A DNA stretch of 63,957 nucleotides, counting the filler, from Chiloscyllium plagiosum (taxonomy: Eukaryota): the NCBI RefSeq assembly GCF_004010195.1. It is 4 parts of one record of this genome, joined end to end, with 100 filler letters (N's around TTAATTAATTAA, not from the genome) between each part and the next. Parts side by side here need not be neighbours in the genome. Positions count along the whole stretch, not along the records: positions 30,507 to 48,449 come from NC_057716.1; positions 48,550 to 61,570 come from NC_057716.1; 2 more parts are not named here. The stretch is one strand, 5' to 3'. Both the position numbers and the translations under genes were made by a program. This document shows positions 38,875-50,899 of this stretch, in pieces. The stretch's first letter is position 1. Each line of letters opens with the position of its first letter. The notes below the pieces were generated by a model. The model did not search any database, was not told where the DNA came from, and worked only from the letters and a program-made list of their open reading frames with translations.

Positions 38875-39855
38875 TTTATAGAGTCATAGAGATGTACAGC
38901 ATGGAAACAGACCCTTCGGTCCAACCTGTCCATGCCAACCAGCTATCACAACCCAATCTAGTCCCACCTGCCAGCACCTGGCCCATATCCCTCCAAACCA
39001 TTCCTAATCATATACCCATCCAAATGCCTCTTAAGTGTTGCAATTATACCAGCCTCCACCACTTCCTCTGGCAGCTCATTCCATACACGTACCACCCTCT
39101 GTGTGAAAACATTGCCCCGTAGGTCTCTTTTGTATCTTTCCCCTCTCACCCTAAACCAATGCCCTCTAGTTCTGGACTCCCCCACCCCAGGGANNNNNNN
39201 NNNNNNNNNNNNNNNNNNNNNNNNNNNNNNNNNNNNNNNNNNNNNNNNNNNNNNNNNNNNNNNNNNNNNNNNNNNNNNNNNNNNNNNNNNNNNNNNNNNN
39301 NNNNGTACCTGCACTCCAAGGTCTCTTTGTTCAGCAACACTCCCTAGGACCTTACCATTAAGTGTATAAGTCCTGCTAAGATTTGCTTTCCCAAAATGCA
39401 GCACCTCGCATTTATCTGAATTAAACTCCATCTGCCACTTCTCAGCCCATTGGCCCATCTGGTCCAGATCTTGTTGTAATCAGAGGTATCCCTCTTCGCT
39501 GTCCACTACACCTCCAATTCTGGTGTCATCTGCAAACTTACTAACTGTACCTCTTATGCTCGCATCCAAATCATTTATGTAAATGACAAAAAGTAGTGGA
39601 CCCAGCACTAATCCTTGTGTGACTCCATTGGTCACAGGCCTCCAGTCTGGAAAACAACCCTCCACCACTACCTTTGAGCCAGTTCAGTATCCAAATGGCT
39701 AGTTCTCCCTGTATTCCGTGAGATCTAACCTTGCTAATCAATCAGTCTCCCATGGGGAACCTTGTTGATCACCTTACTGAAGTCCATATAGATCACATCT
39801 ACCACTCTGCCCTCATCAATCCTCTTTGTTACTTCCTCAAAAAACTCATCAAGTT
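38875..39855 (-). mobile_element. Young CR1 LINE fragment containing a 111-N gap
   Basis: FADDT and WAEKWQMEF motifs and 3' UTR; very similar to 21800-23478. Confidence 0.95.
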
Positions 39856-40487
39856 AAAAGACCTTATATAAAAAAAAGATGAAACTTGCGAATTAAAAAA
39901 AATAAGTGATTACTTTTTTAAAAATCATTAAATATGACAGCTGTGTTTAACTAATTGTGACAAACAAGAGTGACTTTATGTTTAAACTTATTAAGTGACA
40001 TTAAGGCAGCTTTTCCTTTCAGTCACTTGGGTTTGATGGGTCAGCAGGCAGAACTTAGAGGAAATCTGAGTCGCAGACAGGATCTATGCTTGTTACAATA
40101 CTCAGCCACCATTTTAGATGAAGGTAACTTTAGCTTAGTAACACCATGATCCTTCCTTACCATTTTTGCTCCACATTCACCACCGAAGTAAATCCTCACT
40201 CCCAAGTGCTACAATTGTCAATGCTGGCCACCATGTTTTTGACATTCCACTTAATATGGCCATAAATATGACCTTTTTTTGCCACAGGTAAAGAAGGTTT
40301 AAGAAAAGACAATTTTTTAGCTTGCACAATATTACATGATGACATATACAATCATCTCCTTCCAACCAAGAATGGAAATTCCTGCTTTCCTTTTAAATAC
40401 TATTCAGAACAAAGTCAAAGCAGCATTGATAAAAATCTGAAAAACATGTCCTTGACATTGATTAAATTTTCTTTCAATTTCACTTAC

Positions 40488-40609
40488 TGAAGGGCTTTTA
40501 AAGAATTCATATTTTGCAGAATTTTTTCTGAAATATAGTCTGCTGTCAGTGTCCATCCCCCACGTTGATTGGAACTGAATCACCGATTCATGATCTTCTA
40601 CAACTCTTT
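40488..40609 (-). CDS. GRB14: GRB14-like coding exon (end of RA domain)
   Basis: 122-bp exon with TAG acceptor and GTAAGT donor, phase 1 to 0, in frame with the previous exon. (E)RVVEDHESVIQFQSTWGMDTDSRLYFRKNSAKYEFFKSPS contains the family motif FRKNxAKYEFF. Confidence 0.95.
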
Positions 40610-42039
40610 CTATTAGAGAAATCAAAGAAGGATAAATGACCAACAAAATTCCAGAAGTATTAATCTTCTGTTTTTTTCACCAATCAGTTTAGCAAAACAG
40701 AATGCGCAGGTAACATAGTAGAAGTTGGACTTCACTCATGTCTCACATGGCAAGATTAATAAGTTAACTTATTTTAACAGTTGGTAAAACATTACCATAA
40801 CTTAGATGCAGAAATAGAAAGGATCACAGCAGAAGAATCCATCATCTATGATTCATGTAATCAATACATTCCTTTAATGCTCCATAATGATAAAACAGGG
40901 ATTTAACTCAATTCGTTAGAGAGATATGCTTGAACATTTTGGTTCATACCACATTATCCTTATATCACTGTTCATGTGCAACTGTAATTGAGATATGGTG
41001 CTTGGGAGTAGCCCCTCATAACAGGTATGACAGCAGTAGCAAAATTAATAATTAACAAACAGGTTCCCAGAAAGCAGAATGACTGAAAGATGCATGACCT
41101 AATAGTACATCCCTTTATTACATTGAGGATTTACAGCATTTGGATATCATGCAGTTCCATTTTGAAATTTTGCAAACTTCCTTAATTGTATGCCATAAAA
41201 TTTAGTTTTGTACAAATATAAATTTATACTCTTGCTCCAATCCTTGCCAACCTATCTAACTGAAATATCCTACAAGAAAAGTCTAACACTTTCATCATTT
41301 TATAAATGTCTTCAAAGTCTTTGCCATTCTAGAATAAAAGGCTTTTGCTTTAAGCTTAATGATAATAATTGGCTCTTCAAGTTAGGCATCAACCTACAAG
41401 CCATCCTTTCAGACAATTTGTAAGCCTTTCCATATCACTAGAAATGTGAAGTAAGTAAAATGCATTCAGTATTCCTAACGAGGTCAAACCAAGAATAATA
41501 AAATGTTGAGCTTTATTTGATCATTTGAGTAATACATCCAAAGCTTTTTCAATAGTTTTCTGGTTGTGAACCCTCAGACAATCACATACCATAATATCAA
41601 AATGTTCCTTCCGCTCAACAGCCCTAAGTTTAAGCCTCTGAACACATGCTTAAACTTTAACTCAATTTTTCCATGCAACATATCAGAGGCCTATTTTATC
41701 TATATCTTCCAACCCCCTACCCAATGTCTTTAACCAGATTAATAATGTCTCCAAAACCACTCTCTGGAGGTCACATTAATAACTGGCCCTCACATTTAAC
41801 CAGTTGTGAACAACAACCTTCTCTCTACAAGAATGAAACCATTTCCCATCCAACCCAAATTCTGACCACTATACCTCAAAAACATTTTTGTTCCTACATC
41901 AAAGCTTTGTGAAAATCATAGAAAATCATAATAATTCTGCATAGGACATGATTTAGTCCAGGGGGCCTGTGCTATTGCTGAAATAGCTGTACAATTAGTC
42001 TCACTCGTCTATTTATCCCCAACACCCTATCAAATCGTT

Positions 42040-42200
42040 CCCTAAATTGGAGGTGCTGGCGTTGGACAGAGGTGGACAAGGTTGGAAGTCAGACTACAAC
42101 AGGTTATTGTCCAACACGTTTATTTGAAATCACAAGCTTTCGGAGCTTGTCTTGACAATGCTTGTGATTTCAAATAAACCTATTTGACTATAATCTGAAA
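42040..42200. mobile_element. Short palindromic PLE-derived element (third family)
   Basis: tttatttgaaatcacaagc / gcttgtgatttcaaataaa inverted pair; minus-strand ctccGAAAGCTT. Confidence 0.6.
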
Positions 42201-42604
42201 ATCTTTCCCCAGAAGTCTAAATCCCTATCACCTGATTTTTGATTTTTTTTTTCAAAAATTAACTTTACCAAATCCTCTCATGAAGTTTTATACCCTTCTA
42301 CCAGATCTGGCCTGAAGCATTATGTCTGACGAGAGTCATCCCAATTTTGCAAGATTCACCACTGAGATCTCTAATCCAAAAGTACTTTTTGCTAAGCCTC
42401 CTGTCTATCCTCCAAGTCTGAAATATCCTGCCTAAAGTGCAGCAGCTGGGATTAGCTACAATTTTCTAGTTGGAATGAAAGACTTACTGTAAAATTTACG
42501 ATTTCAATATGCACACTTTGATTCTTAGTTCCTGCAATACAATGTCATTTATAATATCCTTTCTCCAAACATCTATGCTTTCATACTGTTCTACATTAAA
42601 TTTC

Positions 42605-43125
42605 ACCTGAAGCACTGTGCAGTTTTAGTGCCATTACTTGAGGAAGGATATACTAACCCAGAGGGCTGCATGAAAGATTCATTACTTGGGATTCCAGGGA
42701 TGAGGAGATTGTCCTATGAGGACAGATTAAATAAACTGGGCCTATATTTCCTGAAATTTAAAAGAATAACAGGCGATCTAATTGAAACATATAAAATTCT
42801 TATGGGACTTGATAGAGTAAATGCAGCAAGGCTTTTTCCACTGGCTGCAGGGTCGAGAACTAGGAGGGGTCGAGAACTAAGGCGGTGTCAGGAGTCAGTA
42901 ATTTAGAATTGAGAAGAAGCAAAATTTCTTCAGTCAAAAGGTTGTGCTCTTTGGAATTCTATACAGTACAAGGCACTGTTAGTGAGTTTATTAAAAAGAG
43001 GTCAATACTAAGGGAATTAAAACATTTGGAGACATTGAGAAGGACTTTGGCTGATTTTCTCACGATCGTATTGAATTGTGAAGCAGGTTCAAAAGAGTTC
43101 CGTGACTTATTCCTGTTCTTTTTCT
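42605..43125 (+). mobile_element. Old CR1 3' fragment
   Basis: LSYEDRLNKLGLY...GDLIETYKIL motif. Confidence 0.85.
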
Positions 43126-43707
43126 AAAAATGCATCAGCCATTCAGCAGCTTATCTCCTTAAGAGGTTTAGTTGTAACATCGCTGCTGTTATATCTGGCT
43201 GATTGTTAATCAGAAAACTTTGAAATTTGCTCTGCATATATAACTCAATGCAGATAACCAGATAATGCTTATGTCAAGTGTCTGAGAATGCATTACTATG
43301 TTAAAGATAGTAATCAAGTTGCTGTTGTGTACCCAGGTACAGCTCATTAACATATACAGCAATGGGTCTAATACTGGCCTGTGGTGAAATATACTTCTCT
43401 CCAGTCTGAAAAACAAACCATTCAAAACTATTGTACTCTTTGTCTTTGTCAACTTTGTATCCACACAGTGCCTTTAATCGCAATGGCTCCAATTTTGATT
43501 ACAAATCTTTGACATGGTTTATGCTAAATATCCAAAGGTTGCATTGTTAAGCTATTGGAATTTCATAAGCAGCAGCACATTACCTATCACCCCATTGCAA
43601 CATCTTTAAAGAAGTTGCTGCATTTTCATGATTCATGAAGAGCTCAGCAAAGAAAGTGCTCATCACTTAAAAAGTAAATACTCTTAACGTCAAAGGTTTT
43701 CTATGGT

Positions 43708-43831
43708 GAAGTGTTTTTGCCAGAACCGTCGATTTTCCTGCTCCTCAGATGCTGCCTGACCTGCTGTGCTTTTTGAGCACCACACTCTCGGGTCTAATCT
43801 CCAGCATCTGCAGTCCTCACTTTCACCTAGA
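43708..43831 (+). mobile_element. PLE-derived short element (half copy)
   Basis: TSD ttttctatggt (43697-43707 and 43832-43842); gatgctgcctgacctgctgtgc...ccagcatctgcagtcctcacttt. Confidence 0.82.
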
Positions 43832-44459
43832 TTTTCTATGGTATTGATCATTCACTCCAGAATTAAAAATTAACTCATACCAGTGTGGTGTTTCAGTCTG
43901 TTAGGTTTTCATCGCCATTGGAGGTTTTGATTTTGAAAAAGAATACAATTTAATTCTAATTTTAACATTATTCACCTAAACTAATCATTCACTCCATTCG
44001 GTTTTTATTTATGATTTTACATCAAATTCATTCTTTTTTTCTTATACTTCTTGTCAGTCCTTGTACAATTAATTTCATAAGCCTTCAATCTGATCAGTTA
44101 ATATTTGCCCTGTCCTCCTTGCAGCAAGATTATCAGCAGTAACTTACGATATAGAAGTTCCAATAATGTAAAGAACAAAGACAAGGTTAAGCTTAACTAA
44201 ATGGCAGGCATATTAGTTTTCTTGGTCCAGCAGCACTGAGCCATTGACCAGAGTTTAAAAAAATAAGTTGACTGAAAGGGTTAAATTGAGGGCAATTTGG
44301 TGAGATTAGGATTTTTTCCCTGAAGAATGGAGAAAGAAACATTGCTCTAACTGAGTTGAGTAAATGATTTAATAGGATAGAGAGATGTGTGCATACAGGT
44401 ACACACAATGCAAAACAAAATGCTACAGCCTTAAGGTTTGAGCCAAGCATTTCAAGGGT

Positions 44460-44750
44460 AACACAAAAGCAAAGTATCACAGATGCAGAAAATCTGAAAT
44501 AAAAATCAGCAAATGTTGGAAGTACTCTGTGGAACAAGTAACAGAGCTAATGTTTTGAGTCTGATTTAACTCTTGCCAGAACTAAATTTACTTCTGCTTT
44601 TCTGTCCACAGATACTCTAACAGTCTCTTCAGCAGGTTGTTTTTATTTCAGATTTACAACCTCCATAATATTTTGCTTTGATCTGAAATATTAATTCTGT
44701 TCCTCTCCATAGATGCTGTTCAATATGCTAAGTTACTTTTCACTTTTAGT
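44460..44750. mobile_element. Old palindromic PLE-derived element
   Basis: cagatgcagaaaatctgaaataaaa / ttttatttcagattt inverted pair, similar to 5375-5595. Confidence 0.55.
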
Positions 44751-45581
44751 TCAAATTCCTCACAAAGTGGAGAGAAAATCTGGTACTGTGACTTCCAAAT
44801 AAAGTCTAGGTCAGGTGCGAAGCCAAAAATACAAATCAATACATTTTATCAGTAAAAAGCGAAATTATGCACTATAGAGACTCCAGGAGTTTCCTCAACA
44901 GTATACAAACATGAGTGGAGTGTATCCAGTTCATAACATAATTACTCAGCAAAGAATTGATACTTTTCACAGAAAGTGTTAGCTTTAATCAACAAATCAG
45001 AAACTTTTTTTTAAATCAAGAAGGTAGCTATTGGAGTATTAAAAAAAAGTGCCAAAATAAATCAGTTATTTTAACATGGTCTTACAAGCAAATAGCTGAC
45101 AGGATTGATTCTACTCAATTTGGCACAACACCAGATTTAATTGAAAATTAGAGTAAAATCTTGGAAAATATGAAACAAACAGTCAGCTAATTCATCATCA
45201 ATTGAAGCCCATTGAAAGGTTATCCTGAAACATATTTTGATTGACTACCTCATTGAAAATTGTAGTTGATTACCCACAGACAACAGGGCAATAAAATTTT
45301 GCACTCACTGTTTCAAAGGTACGCCTCTCTGTGCACAGTGATAGGCACTAAAATTGTGCGTGTGCAACTGAATAATTGCCTCAATGGTAGAGGAATGATA
45401 CAATAAACATGAGCTACAGCACAGAGCATAAGAGCAAAATAAATACAAACTTATTTATACATAGTAAAAAAAATTCCTTTCTAACACATGACATCAAATA
45501 AAAACTATGCAGCAAAGCTAAGCAAAAAAGAAAAAATCATCTTCATGTAGAGAAACTAATATCCATGATATTCACACTTAC

Positions 45582-45738
45582 CCATATCAAGACGAGGAAG
45601 GTACTCAATGAGTGTCCAGGTATTGTCATTGACACAGTGATTATTCTTGAGAAACAACTGACACATATCACGAGCTATGATGTCACTTGGCACCTCCAAT
45701 GTCTGACTGGTGCCATCTTCATTAAATACTTTAATTAC
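45582..45738 (-). CDS. GRB14: GRB14-like adaptor, coding exon (start of Ras-associating domain)
   Basis: 157-bp exon with CAG acceptor and G|GTAAGT donor, phase 0 to 1. Translates VIKVFNEDGTSQTLEVPSDIIARDMCQLFLKNNHCVNDNTWTLIEYLPRLDM, matching GRB14 VIKVYSEDETSRALDVPSDITARDVCQL as recalled. Confidence 0.93.
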
Positions 45739-46051
45739 CTGCACATAATAACCAAGTTGTAAGGTATAAAATGTAATAGATGCATATATTAAATCCCTGT
45801 TAGCAAGTGAAATGAATTAATCATTTAACATTCTACTTATTAGTGAGTGAAATTTGAAATCTCTTCAATTTTTGTGTCCAGTACAAAAATGAAAACTGTC
45901 CAAATTTTAGTGTAAAAGTAAAACTGCATAATCATGCCACCAACTATAATACCATACAGATTTGAAAATAAATGTTTACTGTGTTTCAAATCCTTCTCCA
46001 AACTTTCACATTTTTATATCTTGATTATTTATATTAGCATGCCTTACTTAC

Positions 46052-46126
46052 CAGCAGAGATGACGACAATCGAACTTGCATATCTTGATCAGCTCTACAA
46101 TTAATGTAAGCATGGGCGCATTGCAT
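46052..46126 (-). CDS. Candidate alternative first coding exon of GRB14
   Basis: ATG-initiated 25 codons (MQCAHAYINCRADQDMQVRLSSSLL) ending at CTG|GTAAGT in phase 0, 313 bp upstream of the RA exon acceptor. Confidence 0.35.
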
Positions 46127-46930
46127 TATAAAAAAGATTGTACAGGTAATTTAGAATTGCACATTAGGACACGCTAAATGAACCGGAGTTATCTACACTT
46201 GCCCTCGTCTGAAATGAGGTGATGATACGGTGCTGTCTGTTACCAGCACTTTCCTGAATCTACAGCCGCATGTCATTATATTTTTCACCCAATCACCGCC
46301 TACCTTTCCAAGAATCAGCATGGGGTAGAACTTCCCTTAGTACTTAAACTTAGAGCAAAGAGAGTGAACTGTGCCTGTTTAATCTCTGATTCACACTTCT
46401 ATTTGAATGAAAAGTAACTAATATAATCTATCCTCTGAGGTAATGACGCAGAAATAGGGATAAGTCTCGATTGTAACTTCAGGTAACTCAACTCTGCCTC
46501 CCGACGAAGGGTGGTGGGGGAAGGGCAAAAGGCACTGAACAGGGACTTGCTGATGCAGCAGCCTTCATGCAGTTTTTGTTTGAAAATTAGATCAGAAAAG
46601 GCAAGACAAGTTAGCCTGTCAATACACAAAATATTTTGTCAGTGCATTCCGGCTTGTCTAGGTTAAGCACTATCAAAGGCTCTAACAAGTAGGAGGCTTC
46701 CGTTATGACGCCGCATGAATTGAGGTACATAATCTGCTATTTAAAGCCGTCAGCATGGAGGTTTCGAAGACAAAAACTGAAGGATCTCCAATCACAGAAT
46801 GGAAACTACATGTAAAACCTTATGTAGCGAAGTCTTTTCTATCTTGCATATTAGAATGGCGAAGTACAATATTGAAACCATTGTTGTCTTAGCTGCTTGG
46901 TAAATGCGATTTATCGAAATGTTTGCAATT
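46060..46930. promoter_or_regulatory. Repeat-free, CpG-enriched patch; candidate internal promoter or enhancer
   Basis: Visibly more CG dinucleotides than flanking unique DNA, TGACG half-sites near 46443 and 46706, and position just upstream of the candidate first exon. Confidence 0.35.
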
Positions 46931-47519
46931 TCTTGAAAGGAACTAACAACTTTGCAGAATTAAAGTTTAAAATTGTAGGGTTTTGTTTTACGCAAAAGAT
47001 GACTTCCCTTATAGAGAAATGATATAGGAAATGCATTCAGGCTTAATTCCAATTGTGTCCCTGTATGCGTTTTAATTTCAGTGGCTCTGCCAAACCAAAG
47101 CTCAGAACTATCATATTTCATGAAGAACAGTGCTCACTTTGTCATGAGGTACGGAACACACAATGCTTCAATACCCGTATCTTTGCTTGAAACGTTTTAA
47201 TTAATATAATTGTATTCGCCTTGCTTTAGTCTAAGATATCAGAATACAAAAAAGTTCCAAATGAGTTGAAATATACAAACTAAACTTATAAATAATTATT
47301 GTTGGAGATCAAATGTAATAATTCCAAATTATTTTAACCTTTTAAGTTCTTTACTGTGAAATGGAAAATCAAATAGACACATATTTGATTAATCATAGCT
47401 ACATATTTATTATATTGATGTTACAGTAATCAAAAATAAATATTTTCTGAAAAGCAAAAGATTTTGCAGGTGTGGACTTGTTGGGCCAAATGGTTTGTTT
47501 CCTCACTGTAGGTAATCTA

Positions 47520-47685
47520 ATAAGACCATAAGACATAGGAGTGGAAGTAAGGCCATTCGGCCCATCGAGTCCACTCCGCCATTCAATCATGGCTGATGGG
47601 CATTTCAACTCCACTTACCCGCATTCTCCCCGTAGCCCTTAATTCCTTGTGACATCAAGAATTTATCAATTTCTGCCTTGAAGGT
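47520..47685 (-). mobile_element. CR1 3' end, abutting an HE1 tail fragment (47466-47520)
   Basis: taagaccataagacataggag tail and ggccattcggccc hairpin. Confidence 0.8.
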
Positions 47686-47929
47686 GAATACTACAAAAAT
47701 AACAATGTGCAGAATAAACTCATCTGTATTCATTGAACATATACACGGATACGTATCATAAATTTAAAATGCACATTGTGCCCACAATGTTGGTTTAATG
47801 AAATAAACCTTTGATATAATGTGTACTATGATGATACCTTGAACCAAACATATGTAATTTGGGCACAGTACAAGTTAAAAATGAGCCATGGGTATAACAG
47901 CACGAGTGCATGTGTAAACTACTTTTTAA

Positions 47930-48190
47930 AATATATTCGTTCATGTGATGTGAATGTCACTGTATAGAGCAGCATTTGTTGTCCAACCCTGAATTCCCTC
48001 GAGGAAATGTTGGTGAGCTGCCTCTTGAACTGCTGCAGTGCTTGATGAGTAGGGGCAGCCACTGTGCTGTTAGGAATGGAAATCTGGGACTTTGATCCAT
48101 TGATACAGAAGGAATGCCGATATATTTCTAAATCAGGAGAGTGTATGGCTTGGAGGGAAATTTGCAGATGGTTGAGTTCCCATGCTTTCT
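47930..48190 (-). mobile_element. L2/CR1-group LINE 3' end
   Basis: Same family as plus-strand fragments at about 3600-3730 and 48778-48900 (aagttc-cc-tccaag-cacacaccatcctgacttgga). Confidence 0.6.
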
Positions 48191-48194
48191 ATGA

Positions 48195-48449
48195 TTACTT
48201 ATAGTGTGGAAACAGGCCCTTCGGCCCAACAAGTCCACACCGACCCGCTGAAGCGCACTTACCCAGACCCATTCCCCTACATTTACCCCTGCACCTAACT
48301 ACGGGCAATTTAACATGGCCAATTCGCCTGACCCGTATATCTTTGGACTGTGGGAGGAAACCAGAGCACCCGGAGAAAACCCATGCAGACATGGGGAGAA
48401 TGTGCAAACTCCACACAGTCAGTCGCCTGAGGCGGGAATTGAACTCTGG
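48195..48449 (-). mobile_element. HE1-type SINE running into a gap
   Basis: Reverse-complement V domain and tail. Confidence 0.92.
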
Positions 48450-48549
48450 NNNNNNNNNNNNNNNNNNNNNNNNNNNNNNNNNNNNNNNNNNNNTTAATTA
48501 ATTAANNNNNNNNNNNNNNNNNNNNNNNNNNNNNNNNNNNNNNNNNNNN
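48450..48549. other. Assembly gap with artificial spacer
   Basis: 44 N, TTAATTAATTAA, 44 N. Confidence 0.95.
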
Positions 48550-48777
48550 CACACAGAGGGTGGTACATGTATGGAATGAGCTGCTAGAGAATGTGGTGGA
48601 GGCTGGTACAATTGCAACATTTAAGAGGCATTTGGATGGGTACATGAGTCGGAAGGGTTTTGAGGGATATGGGCCAGGTGCTGGCAGGTGGGACTAGATT
48701 GGGTTGGGAGATCTGGTTGGCATGGACAAGTTGGACCAAAGGGTCTGTTTCCGTGCTGTACATCTCTATGACTCTAT
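48550..48777 (+). mobile_element. CR1 3' end
   Basis: TQRVV..WNEL motif and ctctatgactctat tail. Confidence 0.92.
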
Positions 48778-49954
48778 AACATCATCACCTACAAGTTCCC
48801 ATCCAAATCACACATCATCTTGACTTGGAAATATAACACCATTTCTTCAGTCCTACTGTGTCGGAATCCTGGAAATACTGCTTTCACAGCATTGTGCGCC
48901 TACCTAGTCTCAGCACATTGAGCTTTTGTGAAGGTTCTGAGCAACAAGAAGGTTTAGTGGGTGGAGCATGTGGCATGAAAAGTATAACTTTACTTGGGAG
49001 GAAAAAAATGAAGTTCTCTATTATTGAATGGTGCATTCTTTTGAAGGGAGGGAATGCTCAGATGAAGGAGTTGATTGGCAGGATAAACCTGTGATCCTCA
49101 TGGTCTTGATACACCTTTTAAAAAGTAAAGTGAAGTTTTGTGTGAAAAGGTAGAGAGAACACCAAATTTGAAGAAGTGACGTGTAGCAGAAGGAACACAG
49201 ATTTTGGAATATGGGAACATATCAATGAATACGTTAGTACAAGAAATGTGTCCTGGATCTTCCATGCTAAGAGCAGAAGGCATGGATGACAATGCTTCCA
49301 AGATCACACCCAAGAAAGACCACATTCATCAGATAGGGAAATGTGTGGAGATGACACACCAATGTGAAATCCTACGAGAGGATTAAAGATGGAGCTAGGA
49401 TACTGATGCACATGTGTAGAAGTTAGTTGTTCGTGGTGAAGTAGCTAATGGGCTGGATGTTGTGTTGAAGCTGCACTGAACAGATCCCAGACAAGCTCAG
49501 CTACCTGACTAATAGCATGACATGAAATGAATAATGTGGACCTGAGATCACGAAACATCTTTTAAACAACTAAGAAACTGACTTCATTGAGAAACCGATT
49601 TTAAAAGCGCAATAGTCTGAAGGAACTATGCAAAAAAAAAACAGGGATTTTGAGCTTAAATGTTTTTAGTTATTGGTTACAGTAAGAAAAACCTAAAAAG
49701 TGAAGTTGTTGTGTTGCTGTTTTCAGCAATTAACTTGATTTTCAAAATTTCTTTTTAAACCTCATTAATCTGAAAGGTAATGTAGCAGATTTTCTTGATG
49801 TGCATTGTCGAATGCAGGTCAATAACCAACTTTACGGACCTCAATCTGAACCAGTACATTGTAATATCAGCATTTGAGTTACTATAAGAGATCAAATGAT
49901 TCCTTAACAACAAAAGCAATCATCATACCCCTGAATCAGTGGTAAGCATCCCTA

Positions 49955-50125
49955 TATAGCTACATGCGTGCGAGACATGCCGCAACACAAACGTAATCAA
50001 GATAATCTTTGGATGCCTAAACAATGCTTCTGCTAGCTGGATTACTTTGGAAGCGCCCTGCAGTACTCTCCAATGCACACATCATAGTTCATATTTTCGG
50101 TTGCATCAGCACAACCTCACAAGGG
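49955..50125 (+). mobile_element. Decayed Harbinger (HARBI1-type) DDE transposase C-terminus
   Basis: RHAATQ/VIKIIFG/KQCFC*LDYFGSALQYSP...QHNL, compared with the recalled family pattern HxxTRxxIExxxGxLKxRFRCLDxSGGALQYSP...LHN. Confidence 0.65.
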
Positions 50126-50899
50126 CACAGCCCTTCCCATCAGAAAATATTGAAAGTCAATTAATCACCCATGCATATTCTCTTATTGCCTATTTTCTGT
50201 GTGCCATCACCTGGCCTAGTGCTCCTTTGCAGTATTATCTCAGTTGATGCCCCATGGCTGGCATAAAGCCGAGAGACCTGGCTTTAAAACTGTACCGTCA
50301 TGCTGCTGCAATGTGGACTGCTAGGTTGACAGGCAATAACAAAGGCGCTGTAGAGTGGTAGTGGAGAACAATAGTCATCATTTTTTGCATATTCAGGCAA
50401 CTTGGAGCCACTCCCATGCCCTATAGCAAGTACATTACCAACTCAAAATCTGGAACGTAGATTTCTGGACTGCTGTGAATGCGTGCAAATCCCACAGACT
50501 ACTGGCATTCTCAGTTGTGGAGGTAGTAGTCTGAATTAATAATCTACTGGAAGCAAACTGGCCTTGCACAGCTTTAATCTGAACTTCCATTATAACACTG
50601 AGCCTGAATGATTTCTACTTGGAGTGCAACAGAAGCAGATACCAGCATGCATCCTGTTTAGGTTATAATGGAATTAGCCACCACTTTATTGTGTGGTGTA
50701 CACCTGCAAAATGTATAATAATGATGTATAATGATGTGTCACATGATTACATACAGCAATCTGGAAACAAAAAGACACGCTATTGGTATGTGAGAGGAGA
50801 CATTCAACTACTACGCTGTAAATATAAGAATCTTAAAGAAGGCAACTGGGTAGAATTTTGGAGACTAAAGCTACTTAAGTCCACATACCTAATACATTT

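Noticed and set aside
46195..46276. ATG-initiated segment with a possible GC donor
   Set aside because: It would end in phase 2, incompatible with the phase-0 RA exon.
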